Assembly: GCA_023246095.1 (NCBI GenBank)
Contig: JAHFJA010000001.1
Span: forward strand, 1,062 to 65,061
Reading direction: 5' to 3'
Source of the DNA: a bacterium
Lineage (GTDB): Bacteria > Patescibacteriota > Patescibacteriia > JACQRZ01
Length of the DNA: 64,000 nucleotides
Shown: piece after piece, positions 1-7,515 of the stretch
Position numbering within the stretch: position 1 is the stretch's first letter
Layout: the number at the start of each line of letters is the position of its first letter
Made by a program: the position numbers and the translations under genes
The notes under the pieces: model-generated
The model's input: the letters and a program-made list of their open reading frames with translations, nothing else
Told to the model about the DNA's origin: nothing
The model's database searches: none

Positions 1-40
1 AAACTCCTCAGGCTTGATTTATTATACTTAACAGCGATTG

Positions 41-985
41 TTAGTTATTTCTCTTTTTCATGTTAGGAAAGAGCGTACTCATTGCAAAGCCTTTCATGTA
101 AGGCTGATCTTTTAAGGGCACTTGCTCATCAATATTCTTCAACAACGCATCAGCAAATAATGATTGTTGCCTTATATTTTTTTCATCCGTTGTTTGGGGA
201 GGTTCACCATATACTTTATCAAGTAGCGGTTCATACTCAGTATTAAATACTGCTTTAAAGCGTTCTTGATTTACATGTTTTGAACTCGGAAGTTTACCAT
301 TCCGAATTTCAATAATCGATGAAACGGTTTTTTTCATACGTTGTAATGCGACCTGATAACTTTCCCCTCCGTACTCTGCAAGTACTTTGTAGTTAAACTC
401 ATGGGCGCGCACTTCATCCAAAAAATATGCCTTTTCTTCAGGAGTATCAATGTCCTTATGAAGGATGAGCTGCTCATACGCATGGTATCCTTCGTGAGAA
501 AGAATGATTGCATTGGTCACTCTTGAATTCTTCGGTTCAGCTATGACCACTGTATGCTGATTAGAGTCATATATTGCAGTTGCAAATGAAAACGTTCCTT
601 CTTTAAGAAATCTCCATGATGTCGACTTCTTCAGAAAATTATCAGAGAAAGCAAGGATCGTTAGTGGACTTTTTTTCTTTCCTTGGTCCAACAAATAATA
701 ACCGCCTTCGCCATCATCATCAATAGGTACACTGACATCTGCTTGAAACAGCAAATCACGAACCGCTTGGAGATCTTTTGAGTGAACCTTCGTTGCGACC
801 AGATCAAAATCCTTTTTCCAAGATTCCCAAAGTTCCTTTACTTCCTTGTTTCGATCTATGGATACTGGTCTTAATTCTGGTAGCGTTGGAGGAGAGCTGG
901 GTTTTGGATTTACTTTTTCTTGAGACTTGAAGACAACAATGCATAATAACAACAAAATTCCGGCAACAATGAGTACTTTAGTCAT
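41..985 (-). CDS. Membrane-anchored/secreted HExxH (gluzincin-like) protein
   Basis: N-terminal hydrophobic segment; SHEGYH followed by DEVRAH as likely third ligand; own promoter and purine-rich SD. Confidence 0.6.
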   Translation of the reverse strand: MTKVLIVAGILLLLCIVVFKSQEKVNPKPSSPPTLPELRPVSIDRNKEVKELWESWKKDFDLVATKVHSKDLQAVRDLLFQADVSVPIDDDGEGGYYLLDQGKKKSPLTILAFSDNFLKKSTSWRFLKEGTFSFATAIYDSNQHTVVIAEPKNSRVTNAIILSHEGYHAYEQLILHKDIDTPEEKAYFLDEVRAHEFNYKVLAEYGGESYQVALQRMKKTVSSIIEIRNGKLPSSKHVNQERFKAVFNTEYEPLLDKVYGEPPQTTDEKNIRQQSLFADALLKNIDEQVPLKDQPYMKGFAMSTLFPNMKKRNN

Positions 986-1042
986 CTTTATCCCCTTTCA
1001 ATGAGATTTTTAATAAATTTTAAGGTTCTGAAACCTGTGCTC

Positions 1043-1071
1043 AGGTTAGCATATTTTACTGTTTTTGTCAA
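1043..1071 (-). promoter_or_regulatory. Sigma70-type promoter
   Basis: Minus strand TTGACA-17 nt-TAACCT with extended -10 TG. Confidence 0.6.
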
Positions 1072-1084
1072 GGTTAACGCCGTC

Positions 1085-1181
1085 AATTCGTTCTCCAAGT
1101 GCAACACCTCCCTAACTAAAAGGACATAGCGTTTTAGGGTACAGTAGAGGTTGTGATGGAATTCGTTCTCCAGGTGCAACA
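1085..1181. repeat. Two-copy 22-bp direct repeat AATTCGTTCTCCARGTGCAACA
   Basis: Copies at 1085-1106 and 1160-1181, one mismatch, 75-bp period. Confidence 0.8.
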
Positions 1182-1311
1182 GTCCTAATCCACGAGCGCG
1201 GCAAAGATGCCAAAGCCGCTTTGGGTGTTTACCTAGTTTCTTGCCCAAAAAAAGACTATTCCTCCAAAAAAACACAAAACAACACATATCTTTTAAAAAA
1301 TAAACCCCGCA

Positions 1312-1515
1312 TTATTCAGCGGGGCCTTCCTTTGTTTCAATTATTTCGAAATGACCTGAAAGCGCTATGACTACTTTCCCCAGATTATCCTGGAGGAGAG
1401 CAGAGATAGCTCCTTCTTTTCTTTTGTCGACGCCTGTTACATTCGGCGAATCGGAAAAAAAGGCTTTCCACCCGCCGTACTTGGTGCGCGTTACCATGAT
1501 CTTTATCTTATCCAT
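1312..1515 (-). CDS. Small hypothetical protein, possibly HicB-like fold
   Basis: GGWKAFFSDSPNVTG..K.EGAI pattern loosely resembles the HicB N-terminal domain. Confidence 0.4.
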   Translation of the reverse strand: MDKIKIMVTRTKYGGWKAFFSDSPNVTGVDKRKEGAISALLQDNLGKVVIALSGHFEIIETKEGPAE

Positions 1516-1610
1516 TTTTTACCCTTTTTTTCCTAAATCAGAATTACGATATGTAATAAACTTTGACTTGTACCTCAAATAAATATCCCTCACTTCTATA
1601 CTATATAGCA

Positions 1611-2147
1611 TTACTCTTTACGGGCACGCACTCTCATTACATGGCGATTCCTCAACCACAACCTTAGATGGTCAAATGACTGGAAATACCATGCCAACAC
1701 TTCGACTGGCAGCTTTAATGTTACCTGCTTAATTTGATGCACGAAGGTTAAAGACTTTGCATCAAACTTCACGCCATGTATCTCGTAGTGCTTGAACAAT
1801 CTGCTCGCGTAGAATGCCATGGTAAATCTTCTGGAATATTCACAGAATATTACCAGCAGTTCCTCACTCACAAGAGATCCCATGCGTTCCATGTTGTCAC
1901 GAGCCGTAAAGGTATCCTCAATGAGAACGTATTCTACATCTGAAAAATCCCTCCGTCGCACAAACCAATTCAGCATTGCCCGGGCTTCGGTTAAATCAAG
2001 GCGATTAGTATAACCACCACAAAGATGCACTACACATTTCTCGGTTTGATGCGAATCAATAAACGTGCTCACCTCGCCGAGATAACGACAATAGTTACCG
2101 TCATCTACATTGTCCGTGGCACCGTAACCGTTAACAAATATCAACAT
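1611..2147 (-). CDS. DUF218/YdcF-like protein
   Basis: LCGG...TEARAM...IEDTFTARDNM motifs. Confidence 0.6.
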   Translation of the reverse strand: MLIFVNGYGATDNVDDGNYCRYLGEVSTFIDSHQTEKCVVHLCGGYTNRLDLTEARAMLNWFVRRRDFSDVEYVLIEDTFTARDNMERMGSLVSEELLVIFCEYSRRFTMAFYASRLFKHYEIHGVKFDAKSLTFVHQIKQVTLKLPVEVLAWYFQSFDHLRLWLRNRHVMRVRARKE

Positions 2148-2511
2148 CGAACCCCCTCAGATCGTGACGATCTTCAACCTTGAGAACTATCAGATCGTTT
2201 TTTGATAGTCCCAGCATTTGCAAAAATGAATCAACATCACTCTCATACTTTTCTTGTTCATGTTTATATGCATCGATAGTATCCTTATCTGGTCCCTCTT
2301 CGGTGACACCCGCATCTTTTATGCTCTCAATAATCTGATTTTTTTCTACGGGAGTAATAAGACCATCCTTTTCCACCAACTCAAGTACTATTCGTGCGTA
2401 GTTGAGTGAAAATATCGGATCAGTGCACTTATCGTTGGTAAAATAAACATACCCGTGAGGTATGGCATTTCCACATTTACATACGCGGAATTCGTTTTTC
2501 TCAATGACCAT
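2131..2511 (-). CDS. Hypothetical protein
   Basis: 126-aa ORF with AAGGAG SD and an upstream TTGACA promoter. Confidence 0.6.
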   Translation of the reverse strand: MVIEKNEFRVCKCGNAIPHGYVYFTNDKCTDPIFSLNYARIVLELVEKDGLITPVEKNQIIESIKDAGVTEEGPDKDTIDAYKHEQEKYESDVDSFLQMLGLSKNDLIVLKVEDRHDLRGFDVDIC

Positions 2512-2658
2512 GACATTCTCCTTTTATTTTCAATAATGTACGCCACATTCAGCGCAATGAGCCAATTCCACCACAAAAACACTGCTTTGTCAACACCATT
2601 TGGGTGAAACCGAAGGTTATGTACGAAATACTTACAAAACGCCCTGTGACACTATCGC

Positions 2659-3114
2659 TTACCTATCTTTCATCAATTTCTCAATTGATTCATAGTGCTT
2701 AGTCTGCGAAACCTGACGTTCTGAGGATTTACGGTGGATAATATGGAGGTCCATAGTGCTCACTATCCTCTTCCATCCGATCGGTTGCTCGTGAATAGTT
2801 CCTTGATAACGAATTTTTTTATTGTTTTTGAAAAACCTGATTTGCCGATCAGGATATGCTGAAGTTTGTTTACCGTCAATATAGTTTTTACGGGGAAACG
2901 CAAAGGAGTCCGCTTTGATATTATTTTCGGTAAAATGCCGAAGCTCCTTCAGAAGCTTTTCCTCGTATACTTCATCTGCATCCATAACTAAAATCCAATC
3001 TCCTTTGGCGCGCTTCAGACTGATATTCCTTTGTTGAGAAAAATCCTCTTTCCACGGACGTACTATGATGTTTGCTCCAAATTTTTTTGCAATATCTACT
3101 GTTTTATCTTTAGT
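2659..3114 (-). pseudogene. 5'-truncated family 2 glycosyltransferase
   Basis: Frame reads KDKTVDIAKKFGA..WKEDFSQQRN..GDWILVMDADE..IHEQ but is preceded by in-frame TAA (3115-3117); the N-terminal GT2 strands are missing. Confidence 0.75.
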
Positions 3115-3232
3115 TTACCGTACCAAATATTCATCAGACTCACAAGAACTCAAGCATTCCTTTTGCCTTCCCCGGCTAAAACAAACAAAAAGCACCGCAT
3201 ATTACTGGGTGCCTATTTATTCATCAAACGTT

Positions 3233-3649
3233 TTATTTCAAAAGCGCTATCGCTACCACACCGGCGGCAACTCCAGCCCACTGCTTGAGTGTAAGCCCTA
3301 CTCCGAGAATAGGGATACTCAATAGTGAAGCTGCCAATACGGAGCTGATTGAGACTAACGCTACAAACACACCGGCGGGAATACTCGGATCAGTAACCTT
3401 TTCCGAATATAGATAGCATCCTATCCCATTGAGTAGTCCTGCAAACACCAATATTAGAATTGCATTGCGAGAAATAGCCTGATGTCCAAATTGACCAGAT
3501 ACCAGCGACCAAATCGCAAGCGTACCGAAAGTTACAGCAAAGACGATTGTTCCCGTCCATGCGCCTCCAACCCCTGAAAAACGCGCAATGATAGGCCATG
3601 CGAAGCATGAACCGATTAATACCGCCCAACCAACAGTAGTTATACCCAT
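3233..3649 (-). CDS. EamA/DMT-family small membrane transporter
   Basis: About five hydrophobic helices; ends SIPILGVGLTLKQWAGV; AGGAGG SD. Confidence 0.65.
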   Translation of the reverse strand: MGITTVGWAVLIGSCFAWPIIARFSGVGGAWTGTIVFAVTFGTLAIWSLVSGQFGHQAISRNAILILVFAGLLNGIGCYLYSEKVTDPSIPAGVFVALVSISSVLAASLLSIPILGVGLTLKQWAGVAAGVVAIALLK

Positions 3650-3668
3650 TTTTCTCCTCCTAAAAGCT

Positions 3669-4166
3669 TTACATTATAGAACCGTCATCTTCAAAATCAT
3701 TTGCGGAAAGTCGTCGAACCGCAATGCGAAGACATTTTTTATCAAAACCTTTCGTTAGCGGATGCAAAGTAAGCTGGGCAACACCATTATCTGTTTTCAG
3801 AACTACCACGCATAGCTCCCCGTTTCCATTAATGATTTTTTTACCAGGATTCACTAACCAGTGATCTTTAAATAGTTTTTCGGGGATTTGTAGCATTGTT
3901 GGTCCATCAGGCCAGTGTGACCACGAGGTATCATTAAACCAAGTGTCGCATTGTTCAGTCGTGTGGATTTCTATATCTATAGGGATAGCTTTGTAAATCA
4001 GTATTCCCAAGGACGGATCTCCGCAAAAATTTTCTTCGTTGATAGAGGGATCTATCACCTTCTTTGAGTCCTTGATTTGATCAAGAAACGGTAAGGTGTA
4101 ATCCACCCTAAACACTCTAGGGTCACTCCTAGAAACCTTCACTGGTCTTGTATCTACATCGAACAT
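3669..4166 (-). CDS. Hypothetical protein
   Basis: 165-aa ORF, AAGGAGG SD, upstream promoter. Confidence 0.6.
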   Translation of the reverse strand: MFDVDTRPVKVSRSDPRVFRVDYTLPFLDQIKDSKKVIDPSINEENFCGDPSLGILIYKAIPIDIEIHTTEQCDTWFNDTSWSHWPDGPTMLQIPEKLFKDHWLVNPGKKIINGNGELCVVVLKTDNGVAQLTLHPLTKGFDKKCLRIAVRRLSANDFEDDGSIM

Positions 4167-4380
4167 TGTTTTTCCTCCTTTAGAAAAAACTTATAATTGT
4201 AAAGGTGCCTCTCTTGAGATGGTCTCCAAAAAAACTTTTGGTTCACCTTTTTCTTGTTTGGCAGTTTGCCATATTTATACCGTTTTGTCAAGCATACTCT
4301 CGACAGTCGATAGATGACCGTTTGTTGCATCATATACCTCGCTATCGCAATAATAATACTTTGAAGTGGCGTTGGATCCC

Positions 4381-4409
4381 AAAACAAAAAACACGCCTGA
4401 AGGGCGCAT
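4381..4409 (-). terminator. Intrinsic terminator, probably the original tRNA-Gln terminator displaced by integration
   Basis: Minus strand ATGCGCC-CTTCA-GGCGTGT-TTTTTGTTTT about 22 bp outside the left att core. Confidence 0.65.
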
Positions 4410-4431
4410 TTCTGCTAGCATCTGCTCACAA

Positions 4432-4622
4432 CTGTCTCTCTTGAACAAAATCCGAACTTTTTTTCAAGAGAATCCAGACGCGGAATTTTGATGCGCCTCC
4501 ATTATCCGCCAACTGGCGGAGACGGACGCCGGATTGGTACATGGCGGAATTCCCCCCACACCCCCCTTCCGCCATGTTTTTGTATTACTAACAATATGCT
4601 TTTTGAGGAGAGTTTGCAAGAA
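4432..4622 (+). repeat. Left att junction arm; 191-bp inverted repeat of 9871-10061
   Basis: Manual alignment: 3 mismatches, all in the 50 bp furthest from the core. Confidence 0.95.
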
Positions 4623-4642
4623 GGCTATCAATGTTATTAAAA

Positions 4643-5260
4643 CTATCTACGCCATGGTGCAGGTGTCACGTCAAAAGTTGTCTGAGAGACGCCTCTTGGA
4701 AATTTCTCCATCATCGTTTTAAATATCACATCAAACACCTTTTCTGCCACATGTAAATTTAAATCATTAAAAATTTTATGTTCATCTTTATCAAGTTTAT
4801 TTTTTGTATTTTGAATATGAAGACGATTACGAACATCCCGCAAAAATTCTAGTGCTGTATAAAAATTTTTTGGTTGTTCAAAAAAATTATATTTCCTAGC
4901 TGTCGCTATGTAATGTTCAAATTTCTCAAGCTTCTTTTTTCGAAACTCAGCAACTTCTGTTTTGGTGACATTTGGTAGTTTGTCAGAAACATGTTCTTGA
5001 ATACGATCTACAAAATCATCCAGGAAGCACTCAATAATGGCGACAATCACCAGCATTATTGGTTTATTGAAATGCATCTTCCTTAAAGGAGGACTATCAT
5101 TTTTTGCATCATACAGCGTCCACAATATTTCCATATTATACAAAATGTTATCACCCTTTTTGAAGCTCCAAATAAAAGTAAAAATTGCTTTTGAAATTAA
5201 ATCTCGCTCTGATGATGTCATAAAATAAGTTAATGTGGTATAGAATACTATGTTTCTCAA
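4643..5260 (-). CDS. Putative HEPN-like protein (ATG start probably 5221)
   Basis: Helical protein with LRDVRNRLH (RN..H) near the C-terminus. Confidence 0.5.
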   Translation of the reverse strand: MRNIVFYTTLTYFMTSSERDLISKAIFTFIWSFKKGDNILYNMEILWTLYDAKNDSPPLRKMHFNKPIMLVIVAIIECFLDDFVDRIQEHVSDKLPNVTKTEVAEFRKKKLEKFEHYIATARKYNFFEQPKNFYTALEFLRDVRNRLHIQNTKNKLDKDEHKIFNDLNLHVAEKVFDVIFKTMMEKFPRGVSQTTFDVTPAPWRR

Positions 5261-5400
5261 GGCTTATCACACACATTATAAAGAAACTATCACGACAGGA
5301 ATAGACCACGGGTCTCTATATTGCTTATATACAACCGTGACAACTAAACTCTAGTTTAACCCTTATTTTATAAGCTTTTTTAACATTGCCTCTATTGCCT

Positions 5401-6813
5401 CTAAAAACCGAGTGTGTAATAAATATTGGTTGATGCACCGTGAGGTTTTATTACACCAGACTCTTTGAGATCCCGAAGGTCTTTATTTATGGTCGCTCTT
5501 GGTGTCTCCTTTAGAATCTTTTGACAATCACTAACTGTAAGCTTTCCCTTGATAAGCAATGAGTCAATAATTTTTATCTGACGTTCATTAATATTATGAT
5601 GTTTTGAACCAAGTAGTATTGCTTCAAAACTATTTACAGAATTTCTAAACAACGGCTCGGGTAAACCCCAATCAGACATTTTCTTTATGACTACATCAAT
5701 ACCACGACCATATTCTTCCAAATATCGCATATCTTTCAACCTCGCAGCAACCATGGAATTGCGACTGAATTGTGCTTCCTTAAGATTATCTACCGTGACA
5801 CCTGGAGGAAGTGAGCCAGGATTGGCAATTTCTATGCGATCTTGAAATACACGAATTTGTGTATATGTTTCAATAATTTTGTAATCACGATGAATAATAG
5901 CATTCGCTATTAACTCTCTAATAGCTTCTTCTGGGTATTCATACCGTTCAACACGTTTAGTACCCTCGATCACTGCATTTTTAGCAATATTTTTTAAAAC
6001 AAATTTATATACTTCATCAATTTGTGAATCAAGCGTACCAGCTATGTCTACTGCATCAATAATTTTAGAAGATGGATCACTACCAGCATAACGAATGCAA
6101 CGAATTACATAACGATCATATGGGCTTTTGTTTTGAGGTATCGCTTTTGCAAAAATCAGATAACCTCCGATAGTTGGTTTATATTGACCATCAAAAGATG
6201 CAATAATATTTAAATTTTCAAGCGTCACATCATCCACGGTAGGTGTAGCACCTCTTTGTATCTGTTCTTCACTTTGCTCGAGAAGTTTAATCACTTTTTC
6301 CTTTGCAATGTCTTCCTTGTTTGTATTCCGTGCCTCTGATAAATCAAATTGGAATTCCTTTGAAGTTGCAACGTAGGTCCTAAATTCATTATCAGTAATT
6401 TTCCTACTAGTATTACCCTCTCGAATATATGCACCATTAGGGAGCCCAATAGGACTAAAGTAACAGGGCATATAGTCTTTTGGACACTCAGGCACAAAGA
6501 CAGCTAATATAGTGACTCCTTCATACTCAATAACATGATATTCTGGCCGTAAAACAAAGCTCATTTTATCATTGAAATACTGCGTTAATTTCGTCTGCAT
6601 TTGGTCTAAATTCGTACAGCCAGTGACTTCATTTTTTTCTTGGTTCACTCCAAACACGACAAGACCCCCACCCCGACGATTAGCAAAAGCAGAGATAGTC
6701 CTCCAAATATCATTTGGAATATTATTTTTTGCGGTCTTAAACTCAAGGTCAGACAACTCACTTGATATTTCTAAACCGTATTTTATTTTTTTAAGTATTT
6801 CATCGTTTGTCAT
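5401..6813 (-). CDS. AlbA_2 (Schlafen-like) + HATPase_c_4 + winged-helix protein
   Basis: LEFKTA..ISAFAN..GG.VVFGV; YPEEAIRELIANAIIHRDY; EEYGRGI; C-terminal RATINKDLRDL wHTH. Confidence 0.85.
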   Translation of the reverse strand: MTNDEILKKIKYGLEISSELSDLEFKTAKNNIPNDIWRTISAFANRRGGGLVVFGVNQEKNEVTGCTNLDQMQTKLTQYFNDKMSFVLRPEYHVIEYEGVTILAVFVPECPKDYMPCYFSPIGLPNGAYIREGNTSRKITDNEFRTYVATSKEFQFDLSEARNTNKEDIAKEKVIKLLEQSEEQIQRGATPTVDDVTLENLNIIASFDGQYKPTIGGYLIFAKAIPQNKSPYDRYVIRCIRYAGSDPSSKIIDAVDIAGTLDSQIDEVYKFVLKNIAKNAVIEGTKRVERYEYPEEAIRELIANAIIHRDYKIIETYTQIRVFQDRIEIANPGSLPPGVTVDNLKEAQFSRNSMVAARLKDMRYLEEYGRGIDVVIKKMSDWGLPEPLFRNSVNSFEAILLGSKHHNINERQIKIIDSLLIKGKLTVSDCQKILKETPRATINKDLRDLKESGVIKPHGASTNIYYTLGF

Positions 6814-6884
6814 AAAACTATTTTTTGAACGTGCTATTTTTAGATGACCAATCCGTACACACAGAATGACCCGATCTGCCAAGA

Positions 6885-7493
6885 TTATTTATCATTGATA
6901 CTTTCTGACAGATCATGCATCAATATTACCAAATCTGCTACAGTTATAAAGGAAGGAAATACCTCCTTACCAGCTAGTGTATTGTCAATTGTCTTATTGC
7001 GCCAAATGACCGGGGCATCAAGACAATGTTCAAAATAAAAACTATTATTATGAGCCGATCCATTTCGAATATGCTTAACAAATCTAAAAATGTCCTCTTT
7101 GACCCAATATTTGTGATACTTGGAATACAAAGTTATATCAGATATACCCACCATCATCATTCTTGCCTGCCAATTTATTAATGGTGATAAGTCTGCCTGA
7201 ACCCTAGCACCAGCAAATTTAACGCTTGCCCTTACGTTAAAATCCTGAATTGCACTTTGTGCGGCATATTTTATGACAGGCAATCCATTAAAATCGACAG
7301 AAAGTCCGAGTTCTAACATCCCTCTCTCTTTTTTATGGTGGTCAACTAAAACCCTCTGAAAATCTTTCATAACCATCATATTCATGCCAACAAAAAAGAA
7401 TCTAAAATTTTCTTCAATTGGTCTGAATATCTCATGAATAAATATTTCTTTATCTTGTATACCTGACATAATTTTTACAAATACTCTACGCAT
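6885..7493 (-). CDS. Putative HEPN-domain RNase
   Basis: KHIRNGSAHNN matches the HEPN Rx4H motif. Confidence 0.6.
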   Translation of the reverse strand: MRRVFVKIMSGIQDKEIFIHEIFRPIEENFRFFFVGMNMMVMKDFQRVLVDHHKKERGMLELGLSVDFNGLPVIKYAAQSAIQDFNVRASVKFAGARVQADLSPLINWQARMMMVGISDITLYSKYHKYWVKEDIFRFVKHIRNGSAHNNSFYFEHCLDAPVIWRNKTIDNTLAGKEVFPSFITVADLVILMHDLSESINDK

Positions 7494-7515
7494 TGTCTCT
7501 CACCATTTATCGATG

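Noticed and set aside
1085-1181. CRISPR array
   Set aside because: Only two 22-bp units with a 53-bp spacer, and no cas genes in the window
988-1287. 99-aa ORF containing LHLENE twice
   Set aside because: It is the translation of the DNA repeat and runs over the promoter of the next gene; no credible start
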